The notes below the pieces were generated by a model, which searched no databases, was not told the DNA's origin, and saw only the letters and a list, made by a program, of their open reading frames with translations. A stretch of DNA of 63,075 nucleotides, counting the filler, from Chiloscyllium plagiosum (taxonomy: Eukaryota), in assembly GCF_004010195.1 (NCBI RefSeq). It is 3 parts of one record of this genome, joined end to end, with 100 filler letters (N's around TTAATTAATTAA, not from the genome) between each part and the next. Parts side by side here need not be neighbours in the genome. Positions count along the whole stretch, not along the records: positions 1 to 26,733 come from NC_057717.1; 2 more parts are not named here. One strand, 5' to 3'. The position numbers and the translations under genes are program-made. This document shows positions 12,811 through 25,560 of the stretch, piece by piece (the first letter of the stretch is position 1; each line of letters begins with the position of its first letter).

Positions 12811-14699
12811 CAATGACAATTTTGGACTAGACAAACACCGGATATCTACCTGTTCCATGCTCCTCAAGGTCTTGCATATTTCAATAAGATCACCTCTCAT
12901 TCCAAGAATAATCCATTAAAACCTCAACAATATCAGCCCTTCATCTCTGGAATACGGGAAGTGAAACCACTCTGAACTGCTTCCAATTAATCATATCTTT
13001 TCTCAGGTAAGGAGGTAAAAAAACAAACTGACACCCCAGATGAGGTTATTTATTATTTACAAGTTTGGACTAGACAAACACCCAGTAGATATCTACCTGT
13101 TCCATGCTCCTCAAGGTCTTGCATATTTCAATAAGATCACCTCTCATTCCAAGAATAATCCATTAAAACCTCAATAATATTCATCTCTGGAAGACAGGAA
13201 GTGAAACCACTCTGAACTGCTTCCAATTAATTATATCTTTTCTCAGGTAAGGAGGTAAAAAAACAAACTGACACCCCAGATGAGGTTATTTATTATTTTC
13301 TTAGTGTTGTGTGACTTTGGAAATCTCTTCCCGCAGAGCATTGGAGGAAGAGATATTGAATATTTTTGAGGCACAGATAGAAGGTTCATAGATAACAATG
13401 GAGTCAAGGATTATTGGGCAGGAATGTGCAGTGTGGGGGAAATGCTGGCAGTAGTACAAAATGACACTGATCCAAAACACCCAGGAACATAATGCAAAAC
13501 AAATGGTAAGGTAGATAAATAAAATAAATGCAAAAGTGATAGAATAGCGTTCCAAAGGACCATGGGGCTGGTCTGTGATGAGAGAGAGAGACCACTCGTA
13601 GTGGTTTAACCTGAGGGTCAGCACACCTAATGTGTTGGGGTGAGGTTGAGGGAGCGTCCTCTTCTTGGTACCTCTGTCAGTGTGGGAAATTGAACCTGCA
13701 CTGGTGTCCTCCCTCTGCATCACAAACCAGCCATCCAACCAAATGAGTGGGAGACTGTGTAACTGTTACAGACAGAAACAGCCACAGACAAAGGACAATA
13801 GAAACTTTCAAAACAAGGGGAAAAGGTACAATTCAGATAACGGTCAAGATAACGGCTGAAGATAAAAATGATCTTGGCTCGAAATTATATCTTACAACGA
13901 GATAAGTGTTTAGAAGCTGTCTTTGGCTGAATAAAATAAGGTAAGACAAGTGAAATAACCAGAATACTAATTGTTATTTCTTACCGATAACCATAAAATA
14001 AGTGTAGATTTTGGTCAGTCTGTGTAAAATGAGGTTATCGTTATATAAAAATATACAACTGATGGAATATATTGATTGGAACGTCCGTCCCCGTGGGAAA
14101 AACCCTCGAACAGGCACTTGAAGAAAACCGGGGTAAAGTGCCTGAGTGTCGTCTGGTCGGTGACAGGAACCCAGGGGGTTGAATAACTGAAATTTCCTGA
14201 AATATAGAGCTGAGAAAACCATCAAATAAGCCGCAATATCATTATATGCTAGAGTACATTTGAAGGGTTGATTGGCCTCATGATGGATTTTAATTGTATG
14301 CGATTTGAATAACATAAATCTCTACTCCTTCCCTTTTTTTGTTACATACTGGTGCATTGACATTTTCCTGAAAACGGAAATTACTTGGAACATTTCCTGG
14401 AACATCCCATAATCGGCATTCTCCAAAATATTCTATCACCATGTGAGGGTATTGGAAAGGCGAGAGCGAAAGAGAGAAAGAGGAAAGGCGCTGCCTGCAA
14501 CAGTGAGAGTGATGGAGCGTGAGCCTCGTTCGGGTAGGTGCTATAACAGATAGACAGTGTTTATAGTGTGTGGGTAAAGTGGAGAGAGAGCGAGAGAGAA
14601 GGTGCTGCATGCAGCAGTGAGAGTGTTGGATCATGAGCCTTGTTCGGGGGTAGATGCTATAGCAGATTTCAATGAGTGTGCGGGAGCAGAGAGAAGACG

Positions 14700-14830
14700 G
14701 TGACCCTTATCCTGGCAGAATGGGAAAGGTTATTGATGCCTGTCCTGTATTGTTGGACATTTCTTCAGACCGCAGATCCTGCACTGAGCTGGGTAGTGAG
14801 CTCACACCACTGTGCAGGGCAGCTCCAAAC
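14700..14830 (-). mobile_element. Harbinger Myb/SANT-like ORF remnant, internally deleted (also ~47690-47830)
   Basis: Reverse-complement paralog of 27805-28030. Confidence 0.55.
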
Positions 14831-16104
14831 TGAGAAAGATGAACCGTTTGCCCATTGGCCTTTAAAAAATGGTACCAGTGCCATGGATTTACACAATATC
14901 CATGGAGCATCCAAGCGATGGTGTTTACCTCCAGCCATGAAGAGTGGGAGAATTAGACTTGCATTGAATGATAGGGACACCGTGGGGTGGGGTGGGTATT
15001 TAATGAGGTGAGTTCGAGAAGATAGCACCAGGAAACTAAATCGGCCTCGTACAGATAATCCCTCAGTCACACTCAAGGAAAATGACACTGAGATAATTTA
15101 TTGTTAGTTTCTGCCCAATGAGTTGAAGAATCTGCTGACTCCACTACCAGTTAAAAAGCTGAAGAACAAATGCTCACCCAAAAGTCTCCATCATACGAAC
15201 TCACACCAATATCCCCTTCACCTATCATTCCTGTGAAGACTGGCTCACGTTGCAGGATGCTGTCAAAATACCTTCATTTCAGCATTCTAAAACATGTGAT
15301 CTTCCATGAAATTGTCTCTCAATCTGCCTTTCCCTTTTTTCCCCAAAATTATTTTGTTTGTTGATATTTAAACTGACTCCCCCGCCATCCCTCTCTGGCA
15401 GTGATATTCACACCCACAACACCCCTTTGTCATGGCACAATGGACAGACGGAGCTGTAAATGGATGGGAGGTGCACATCCTGTCACTTCCAGCATGGGCT
15501 GCAAGTTCCCTCACTCTGGGCAGTGATCTAACACAGTATTACTGAGCAATGTTCTGGAGTGGTGAAAACTGCTGCCTTGACGGTAACTGTTCCAGGTTTA
15601 CAGATCCATTCACTGTACAGATTCCCATACTGTACAGGTGCCTTGTCCACGTCTATAGAGCAAGACACTAGTGTGGGCTGCATATCACCCCATGCTAGAC
15701 AGACCGTTTCGTCAGTATTTCTGAATCAGTGCATCGGTGTGTACTGTACTGCTCTGCGTGTTGGACAGATGGCTAGTAGACTGGAGAGACCTGTGCTATT
15801 TTCCATCCTGGACTGATTGCTGGGTAGTACTGAACCTAGTCTGCACAGTGCTCCATGTTGAGGTGATATCTCACTTGGGCTTATACGGTCTGGGCTGGCT
15901 CTGTGAGGTGGATTAATAAGTGATATATCTCACCTGGGCTTATACGGTCTGGGCTGGCTCTGTGAGGTGGATTAATAAGTGATATAATTCCTGATAGAGC
16001 TATCACTCCTCCAGCATGGCACAATCCGCTGTCAAATCCTGTGTTTCTGCAACATGTTGTTCATTAAGTAATTAGCCAAATAAAACGTGAATATCTGTGC
16101 TTTT

Positions 16105-16620
16105 TGTTATGGAACTGAGCAGACACATCTCAAAATATATGATGAAGGTAGTCTTGACCGGAACATTTTTTAAATTTAAAGATAAATGTGAGGTGCTGTG
16201 TTTCAGATGCAATTCGTTTGGTCAAAACATCCAATATTAAGCAAAACACAATTCATTCAAACACTGTCGAGAAAACACAAAAAAAGCCGAATAAAAGTTT
16301 GTTTAACTACTAAACAATAACTGTTCCAATATGGTAACATCCAATAAACACACACTTGTCAAAAAACAAATTCAGGAAACAGATTCACATGCAGTTCTCC
16401 AATACAGGAGGAAAGAACATCAAAAGACAATTCTGAGAGAAATCTCAGAGAGAGTGTAGCAGCCGAGAGGGATTTCCAACCTTCCAATCCTGCTGAGACC
16501 CCAACAATAACTGGGGAAAGGTACAACGAAGAATCCTGGTTCTATGACAGCTTCACCGTCACTCCACAGGACCAGGCCGCAGCTGCAAGGACCACAAGGA
16601 AAGGACTGTATCTACACTGT
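16105..16620 (-). mobile_element. Gypsy-type LTR remnant, inverted (also ~49073-49485)
   Basis: tgttatgg is the reverse complement of the ccataaca LTR end; the internal sequence resembles the reverse of 34713-35407. Confidence 0.6.
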
Positions 16621-17130
16621 TTATGGCACTGTAGGAGCTTCTCAAAAATGCCTAACCCCACCTAAGCCGTTAAATGATGGTAAGATAAATGTCTAAGTTA
16701 AACATAAATAAATAAAACGAAAGGATGCAGCGGGCCTGGTTATCATACACAGACGGGCCTTGGGAGCCCAGCAATTCCTGCAAAAACATAGTAGGATCAT
16801 CGAGCTAGTGGATAGAAAGCATCATCTCTCTGCCTCACCCTAACTGTACAATTGGAGATGATGCTATTAGCCCAATAGTGAGTGATGTCAGCATCCCAAC
16901 CAGACCAAGTATTATTATGACTTATAAGGATTGTAGTGAAAGAATTAACTGGAGCTGTTTGTACATTGACTGTGATTGATGTCCGTATCCATGGATACTA
17001 ACTGTGTCATTGGAGGGTTTCCCTCTTCTATTTGTAAGGGGCTTCCTTCAACTTGTTATTCCATAGTATCAGCGGCAGCGTCATCCTCAAGATAATTGGG
17101 CTCAGCAGCTACAGGGACAGGGAGAGGAAG

Positions 17131-17212
17131 AGAATCTGAGAACATTAGACTGGAATGTTCCAACAATGGATCAGAATCTCAGAGCATTAGACTGGAATGT
17201 TCCAACAATGGA
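17131..17212 (+). repeat. 42-bp (14-codon) tandem repeat at the GPCR N-terminus
   Basis: agaatct.aga.cattagactggaatgttccaacaatgga at 17131 and 17173; also present in copy B (~49666-49747). Confidence 0.95.
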
Positions 17213-17340
17213 CAGTAGTTTATCCTTGGGTCTATACTTGCTTTCTCAGGATTGGGCATGGTTAGAGTTGCGGATACGAACTGTACTGATGATTATTCAA
17301 GCAAGTTCCTATCCTAACCTTACTACTATTGGTGTTGCTG
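17166..17340 (+). CDS. Exon 1 of a shark GPR139/GPR142-like class A GPCR (N-terminus and start of TM1); exon 2 not found in window
   Basis: Open frame MDQNLRALDWNVPTMDSSLSLGLYLLSQDWAWLELRIRTVLMIIQASSYPNLTTIGVA+G, then GTAAG at 17341 (phase 1). This matches my recollection of elasmobranch GPR139-like first exons, which end ...IYYPILAxIGVP| and have MDxNxxxxDWNVTTMD N-termini. Confidence 0.7.
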
Positions 17341-18309
17341 GTAAGCCTATTTCTGTCAATTCTATTAGCGATGGTGAAGGTTATTGCTATTTCTGTTATT
17401 TATATTTAACAAATACATAACCTGTTGCCTTCAGTTTCAGTCACAAATTCCACTTCATTTCTATCAATTTCCGAATCCTCACTCATAGACATCTAAGAAG
17501 GAACAAGAGTGTTCAGACCCTCGAGTTTTCCTTTTGCCCTGAACTGTTCTTTGTCTCTATATTCTCTCTGTTTCCAACCCTGCCTACACCCACCACTATA
17601 ATATCCCCAGTCTCCAGCTCTGCCTCAGTGCTGTTGCAAAATAAGCCAACATCTGCCCCCTTGTTAACTTCAGATTTTACGTCTCCAGTTCTTTTCGGAA
17701 CACTCATCCAGTTACAAATATTTTGACTGCAAACTTGTACTTGTCTCTCCGGTTATTTCACAATAGGGACCTCATATCAGAATAATAATGTCACTAGCCG
17801 TGTTATGACTCCAAAGGCATTGTTTCAAATTCTACCAGAACCAATGATAGAACTTAAATTCAAATGGCAACAATTGGAAAGAAACCTCATTTTACAAACG
17901 GTAACCATAAACCATCAGGGTTTCTTTTATTATTTTACTGATAGCCTTTGGTAACGAAACTATGTGTGACAAAAAATGGTTGACTCAATATTGTCTTGAC
18001 AAATGGTCTCGCAGTCAACGGCAATTAGTGATGGATGGCAAATGCTGCCCTTGCCAGTGATGCTGACATCTCGTGAAACAACAGAATTAAAGGTGAAATA
18101 AACCAAGGAACTGTGGATAATGGAGATCCGAAATAAAATTACACCAGCGTCTGAAAATATTGGAGAATCTCAGCAAGTATGGCAGCCTCTTTCAGGAGAG
18201 AAACAGGTAAAGTTTCGAATCTAGTGACCCTATATCACAATTGAAAGCAACTGGGAAGTAATGTTATTTATAACAGCGCTGGTTGGATGCGTGAGCGGGA
18301 GGTTAGTTG

Positions 18310-20118
18310 AATGGATGTAGAAATGCCCGGCGAGATAGAGACAGACAGAGAGAGAGAAATGAAAAGCAAATATAGGAACTGCTGATGATGAACCAGAAGG
18401 AAAATAACATGGCAGCTTATTCTAAAATTTCCCCTTTTCCCATATTCCTGAATACCATGTGAATTTAGATGTGTCCCTGTTTACATTGAGTTATATTCCC
18501 TATGACTTTCTTCTCTGAGTATGATGATCAACTCCATTGGCAAAACTGTTGTCGCTCTTATAGTTGCTGAGATACAAAGGAACGGAATGTCACATTGTCA
18601 ACTGATTTTTTTGGAGAAGGAAACTGTAATTGTAGGGCTGTGCAGAGATGTAACTGTTTTTTTCCTGCTAAGAACAGAAACATTTTCAACACTGAATGGG
18701 TGCACTGTGTGTGGGGGGATTTGACTTGCTCCAGTAATTACAGATTAAAGAGACGTTCTGTGGACGCTTTTCACAGGTTTGTGTTATCAGCTGCTGCATC
18801 CATTCAGAGAGACCCAAGGGTATGGTGACCCCACTCTGGACGAGATATGAACACTGCATTTACAGAGTGTTCTCGGTTCATGGTAAACACATGGAATCGT
18901 GGCTACACAGAAGGGAAGCTCTGTACACAGGGAGGACCAGGGCACTGCATGTACCTACCAGGAATTTCCAGGACCATTTGCCTAAGCTGGACCCATTCCA
19001 AGTGTTGAAACGTTATTGCTGGAACAGCACAGCAGGTCAGGCAGCATCCAGGGAACAGTAGATTAGACGTTTCGGGCACAGGCCCTTCTTCAGGAATTCC
19101 ATTCCAAGTGTAAAATGTGAAACCAGCTTCTTTCAAAAATGAGGTGGTCACTAGCTGTGACCCCTCCTTCAAACTCACAGCAGGGATAGGACTGTGCTGA
19201 CACTCACCATGAAGTAAACTGGATTGATTCTGGAACTTTCCAGGCAGAGTGGGTGACATATCCATCAGAATGGATGTAGAAATGCCCGGCGAGATAGAGA
19301 CAGACAGAGAGAGAGAAATGAAAAGCAAATATAGGAACTGCTGATGATGAACCAGAAGGAAAATAACATGGGAGTTTATTCTAAAATTGCCCCTTCTCCC
19401 ATATTCCTGAATAGCATGTGAATTTAGATGTGTCCCTGTTTACATTGAGTTATATTCCCTATGTCTTTCTTCTTTGAGTATGATGATCAACTCCATCGGC
19501 AAAACTGTTGTCGCTCTTATAGTTGCTGAGATACAAAGGAACGGAATGTCACATTGTCAACTGATTTTTTTGGAGAAGGAAACTGTAACTGTAGGGCTGT
19601 GCAGAGATGTAACTGTTTTTTCCTGCTAAGAACAGAAACATTTTCAACACTGAATGGGTGCACTGTGTGTGGGGGGGATTTGACTTGCTCCAGTAATTAC
19701 AGATTAAAGAGACGTTCTGTGGACGCTTTTCACAGGTTTGTGTTATCAGCCGCTGCATCCATTCAGAGAGACCCAAGGGTATGCTGACCCCACTCTGGAC
19801 GAGATATGAGCACTGCATTTACAGAGTGTTCTGGGTTCATGGTAAACACATGGAATCGTGGCTACACAGAAGGGAAGCTCTGTACACAGGGAGGACCAGG
19901 GCACTGCATGTACCTACCAGGAATTTCCAGGACCATTTGCCTCAGCTGGACCCATTCCAAGTGTAAAATGTGAAACCAGCTTCTTTCAAAAATGAGGTGG
20001 TCACTAGCTGTGACCCCTCCTTCAAACACACAGCAGGGACAGGACTGTGCTGACACTCACCATGAAGTAAACTGGATTGATTCTGGAACTTTCCAGGCAG
20101 AGTGGGTGACATATCCAT
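18310..20118 (+). repeat. ~0.96 kb near-identical tandem duplication, specific to copy A
   Basis: aatggatgtagaaatgcccggcgag at 18310 and ~19269; single copy at ~50843 in copy B. Confidence 0.9.
19006..19098 (-). mobile_element. Penelope-derived short insertion with 13-bp TSD (ccattccaagtgt) and a hammerhead-like core
   Basis: TSD at 18993-19005 and 19099-19111. The insertion is absent from the sister tandem copy (~19952) and from copy B. The minus strand reads cctgaagaagggcctgtgcccgaaacgtc. Confidence 0.85.
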
Positions 20119-20260
20119 CACCATGAAGTGTATTGGATTGAGTCTGAACCTTTCCAGACAGGAGTGAGCGACATATCCGGAGTGCAGTCCTCCGATATAC
20201 CACTAGCTGATAGAAGCCTCCTGCCTGCTGAGAGGAGTACATTGGTTCTGTCTCCACAGA
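19850..20260 (+). mobile_element. Harbinger (HARBI1-like) transposase remnant (also ~18890-19265, ~51420-51820)
   Basis: ESEPFQTGVSDISGVQSS resembles the SGSFQxxxGDxSGISQSS motif; the preceding KNEVVT resembles FTKEVVTELC. Confidence 0.6.
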
Positions 20261-20279
20261 AGAAGGTGCAGAAACGAAC

Positions 20280-21360
20280 TTCCAGAAATACTAGGGAACA
20301 GGGGCCCTGGTGAAAATGAGGGGCTGCACGAAATTAGACTTAATGAAGAGTATGTCTTTGAAAATCTAATCGAATTTAAGATTGGTATGTTGCTGGAACT
20401 GATGAGCTACATCCCCGAGTATTGAGGAGGTGGCAACAGAACGAGTGAAAGTATTACTGACTATTCGACAAAGCTGGTTAGATTCTGGAAAGGATCCTGC
20501 AGTCTGGAAAACAGCTATTGTAAACCGAAACATTTCAAACAGGATGGAGAGGGCAAACAGAAAACTAAATAGCTTGATGTCAGCTGTGAGAAAAACATTG
20601 TAACCTTTTATAAGTAATGTGACAACTAGACACTTGAAAATAATGATATGATTTGGTAGAGTCAATCTAGATTCAGGAAAGGAGAAGGAGCTTTGATAAA
20701 CCTACTGTAGTTTGTGGAGATTGTCCGTTGAGACATCGAAAATTGACAACCAGTGGGAATAGAGGATTTGATTTTTCAGAAAACGTTTGACACGGTTGAA
20801 TACTAGTGAGTGGGAAATGTTAGAGTCCGTGGGTAGGTAGGGATGGAACACACAGGATGGATCAAAAATTGGATAATGGTCAAAATGAAGAGAGTAGTGT
20901 TTTACTCTGGGTGGAAGGTTTGTGGGATTTCAGAAGGCTTAATGCTTGGGGAATAACTGTTCGCAAGGTATAACATGATTGAATGGGAACAACAAATATG
21001 TTAAATGGTGAAAGGTTGGGATGTTCTGTTGTTGAAAAGGACCTGGATGTCATTGATTATAACTCACTATCAGAATTCAGATGGGACACTAAGTAATTAT
21101 AACTGGAATTGAAATCTGGTCTTACATGTAAAATACTTGAAGTACCACAGTAAATATACCTTACTCAATGGTAGTGTTGTGTTGAATTGTGGTATTATGT
21201 ACAGACTGAGTCTACTTCATAAATAATGATCGCCACGTCACCGTGATCGTGCAAAGGAGTTTCACCAGACTGAATCCTAGCATGATGATACCATCAGGAC
21301 AGAGAGCGGTAACTATGTTGTTAACCTGTAGCACTGTGAGAGAATATGAAGGTGAAACTT
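20280..21360 (+). mobile_element. Decayed CR1 LINE (also ~51840-53220)
   Basis: Remnants of PRVLxEVA, WKTAIV, DFQKTFD and VQRSFTRL. Confidence 0.7.
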
Positions 21361-22974
21361 GACGGTTATGGACGGACACTCATTTTGTGCCAAGCAGCCA
21401 TCGATAAGGTGAGAAATTTCGTACTTTCCACAGGATGCTCGACTCCCAATAGTTTACGTGCCAGTGCATAGACCTCATTTCGATTAACAGAGCGGTACAG
21501 GCTCTGAATGAACTCTGAACACTGTAATGCACAGTTACCGTGTGACGCTCCAGTCAATGTTACAATGTCCATAATCCTGTCAGCAGCCATAATACCTTCA
21601 TTCTGAAACAGTTAGCCATTCCCCACCAGCTTCTGAATTCCAGAGAGAACATAGGACTGCTCTCTCAGCGATGGAAGATGCCTTTGAGACTCATTATAAA
21701 CAATGGCTTCATTCCCACTGCCAGAAAGGCATGCTAACATAACACGGATGGACTACGAATAATGAAGCCACGAGGATAACATGGAACAGTCCATCTGTGC
21801 AGTCCCCTGCTCCATTTGTTTGCAAATGGACACCTTCCGGTTCCAGAATTAGTGACTTGAGAAGCTGAATGACCTTTTCCTGTTCCTTTGTAAGTCACTT
21901 GGGGTGTGAATTGGTCACTTTCTGATCCTGTGTAAGTGACATGTGGGAGTGAGCAGATTCCTTGTCTTCCTGTCCTGTAGTTTTGATGGGCTGAATGCCT
22001 TTCACATATTCCTGTGAAGCCAGATTGAAGTACTGACTGAACTCCTCCGTTTACTGTGGAAATGTGCAGCGCTGTTTCAAGAATGTTACCGAGAGTTTAA
22101 CTGCACAGGCTTGAACGTTGTCTCAGTCCTGTTGCACATGGACACAGGCTGCATCAGGAGGTCAGCGATGATGAAGCTTTCTGAATATTGTGTAACATAC
22201 AGTAAATATTTCCACTTCTAATCGATGTGGACTCAATGGGATGAATGGTCTGCGTCCTCACAGCAGGGATTCCCCGCTGACAAACTGGAGATGCCTGGGC
22301 TGAGGGAGCTACCCTGAAGATCTCCTGCAGATGTGTCCGACAGCTGAGATGATTGATGTCCACGGATGATAAACATGTTCCCTTGTGTTTTGAATGACTC
22401 CAAACAGCGGAGAGATCGCAATGGATTCTGATGAAGTGCAATTTTGCTCAGGCTCCTTGATGTCATCCTCAGTTAAATACTGCCTTGATATCAGGGCCAG
22501 TCCCTCTTCGCTAAGCTCTTTTATTCACCTCTGTCGCTCATATCAACGTGACATTGTGTAGGAGCAGGCCTGTTCTTCAAACAGAAGGTAGTGAATGTCA
22601 GGAATTCTCTATTCCAAAGAGTCAGAGGAGCTGTAGCAGTATGTGACCTCCAACTACTTCTGTCGAGCAAGTTGGAGGGTCTGAATGGAACATCAGAACA
22701 TCGGACTCAGGAGCAGGGTTAGATCATTAGACACTATGAACCTTCTAGACCAGGCACTAAGATTGTGGATGATCAGGTAGTGGTGTCTACTCCACTCTTC
22801 TGTCTGTATCCCATTATCCATGACTCAATCTCAGCCAAATATTTAACGTACTCAATTTGAATAAATATGAAAAAAGAGGCACCACATATCTCTGAGGAAG
22901 AGAATTCCCACTCAAAAGGCCCTTTCAGAATTTCTCCCCATCTGTCTTACAGCGTCGTAGAGTGGGAACCCTGT

Positions 22975-24300
22975 CCATATAAAACAGACATCCCAATCTG
23001 ATCTCAACACATGTGCCAGCATTAGGCCCATATCCCTCTGAACTCTTCCTATTAATATTCACATCCAGATTCCTCTTAAATGTTGTAAAAGTACCAGCCT
23101 CCATTACTTTCTCGGACGGCTCATTCCATATACACATCACAATCTGCGTGAAAAATTTTGTCCCTTTACTAACTTTCTCCTCTAACCTTAAGCCTTTGTC
23201 CTATAGTTTTGGAATCCCCTATACTGGAAAAACAAAACCTTGGCAATTCAGATTATCCATGTTCCTCATGATTTTGTAAACCTCTATAATGTCTGACCTC
23301 GGCCTCCGCTGCTCCAGAGCAAACAATCCCCAATCTATCCAGCCTCTCCTTGTAGCTCAACACCTCCATGCCCGGCAATATCCTTGTAAAGCTTTTCTGC
23401 ACGCTCTCAAGCGTAACATCCTTCCTGAACCAGAGGGAACTGAATTAAACACAGTGTTCTAAATGTGTCCTCACCAACATCTTGCCGACTCGTAACATGA
23501 TCTCCCAAGTCGCATATTCAATGCACTGATCAATAAACGTAAGCATACCAAACCCCTTCTTCACCACCCTGTCTATCTGTGACTACACTTCTAAGGAACT
23601 GTGAGCCTGCGCACTTTTGTTCAATAATACTCCCCAGGGCCCCACCATTAATTGTATAAGTCCTGTCCTGTTTTACTCTACCAAAATGCAACACCTCACA
23701 TTTATCTAAATTTAACTTTGTCTGCCACCCCTTGGCCCATCTGGTCAAGGTCCCATTGTATTCTGAGATAAATTTTGCAGGCCACTGCACCTCCAATTTT
23801 AATGTAATCTGTAAACAATAAACAGGCAAATATTCACATTCAAATCATTTATATAAATAATGAAAAGCAGCACCGATTTTCAGCACTGCTCCTTGTGGCA
23901 CAACACAGGTCATAGGCCTTCAGTCTGAAAAGCAGTCCTCTTCCACCCTCTGTCTCCTACCTTCACTCTAATTTTGTATTGAATTGGCTAGCTTATCTTG
24001 GATCTGTTAATGACCCAACCTTACTAACTTGTCTGCCATGCGGAATCCTGTCGAATGCTTTGCTGAAGTCTATATGGACAGCATCTACCACACTGCAATT
24101 ACAATCATCCTTGTCACCTCTTTACAAAACGCAATCAACTTTGTTAGAAATCATTTTCCATGCATAAAGCCAAGTTGACTGTCCTTCTTCAGGCGTTGCA
24201 TTTCCAAATGCATGTAAATCCTACCACTCTCAATGCTCTCCAAAAACATGGCCACCAATGACGTCAGGCTCTCTGAACTATAATTCAGGAGATTATTCCC
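22975..24300 (-). mobile_element. CR1/HER1 LINE 3' portion (also ~54820-56110)
   Basis: Minus-strand WAKGWQ..NLDKCEVLHFGR, MDFSKAFD and WNEPSEKVMEAG. Confidence 0.85.
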
Positions 24301-24949
24301 TTTCCTCGTTCCATGCTTCCGCTGCTCACTGCAAATGTTAATAGACCCAGGTTGATGATATGACCAACAATATAGGTCTCAGACTGGGTCAGTGTTAGGA
24401 ACAAGTCAGGCAGGATTCTTCAATCTGCTAAAATTAGCAAGTTTATGACACAAACAAAGGTACTCAAACTACAATGGAAAGATGAATGACACAGTTTTGA
24501 TATTGTAAACCTGTGCACCGATGTTTCCCTTTCGAAAAATATTGACAGAAGCACACATTTGATGACAAACTGAAAAATAACATCTCTGCAGAGCGTTAAC
24601 TTGAAAGAACTTTGACGAGATATTAATTGATCCCGTGACAAAAGGAAACATGTGTGAGCAGTTCTCAGCTCACACACGTTGCTGCGAGGAGGAACGCGGA
24701 GGGAGAGGGAGCAATAAGCCGTTCCTTCTCATGAAGACTACAATTTCTCCCTCGCTGAGTTGAATCACGCAGTAACGTTATACAGGCCCAAACTGGACCA
24801 AATGAGGTCTCTTTGAACAATGACTGAACTGTATGATTCCAGCACATTCCCTGCTCCATGTAGGTACATTGCTGCTGCTGTTGGACACCCAACCATTTCT
24901 TTCGGAACAAATAACGCCATTAGATTTGAAGATGTGTTTATATGTTCCC

Positions 24950-25560
24950 GTATACTTTTAGAATACAACTTGTAATATCTTCACAATATCTGCATTTCAA
25001 TGAGTCCATCTTATTCTTAAATTAGAAACTTAGTCTTATTCTCCCATAAAAGATAAAATATTCATCAGGTATTCACCAGCTCAAAATCATATATGGTCAA
25101 TAAGAACATTTCTCATTCTCAGGCCTAAACTTCTAATAGTTCAAAACATAATGTCATTCCATAAGATTTCATGTGGAGGCAGAGCATCAAGAACGAGTAA
25201 AGAGAAATATTTTTCAAAAGTTTCAAAAGCAATTCGTTTTTCACGTCAGTGGAGTTATAACCACATACAGTACGTCAGATGCAGTAAATCATCCTTAAGA
25301 TCAGACCGAATGCCCTTTGCAAGAAAAAGTATCATTTCATTTCATTTTCGAATCACGTGCTGCATGTACAGACTAACTTGATGTGATTTATGTACCAGGA
25401 TACACGGATCCCTTTGTACCACTGAGTTCTGCATCCGCCTCCAGCTGTATACTTTACGGTTGTTTTATGTTTCCTCCAAAATACAAACTTCTCATTACTC
25501 ATATTGGACTGTTTTCTTTTTGGCAAAAGTTTACTCACTGCTCTCCCCTGTCGATATCCC
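24950..25560 (-). mobile_element. Very old CR1 remnant
   Basis: The copy-B paralog (~57060-57120, minus) reads DLLNLYRPLLRRHLTYC, resembling LLxLYRALVRPHLEYC. Confidence 0.6.

Larger units (their letters stand above)
10633..25510 (+). repeat. Segmental duplication copy A (~15 kb)
   Basis: Colinear with 43867-57327 throughout (e.g. gtatttgacat.aatcctcacagg at both starts; caaacttctcattactca at both ends). Roughly 85-90% identical by eye, with indels. Confidence 0.95.

Noticed and set aside
15844..15880. RSS heptamer CACAGTG suggesting V(D)J segments
   Set aside because: No nonamer at a 12- or 23-bp spacing and no V, J or C coding sequence.
21366..21590. 74-aa minus-strand ORF conserved in both copies (also 53221-53445)
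   Set aside because: Conservation is explained by the duplication; it lies next to a decayed CR1 end and has no recognisable domain.
24420..25380. Endogenous viral ORF on the minus strand
   Set aside because: The right part resolves to decayed CR1 when copy B is used; the rest has stops and no recognisable viral motif.
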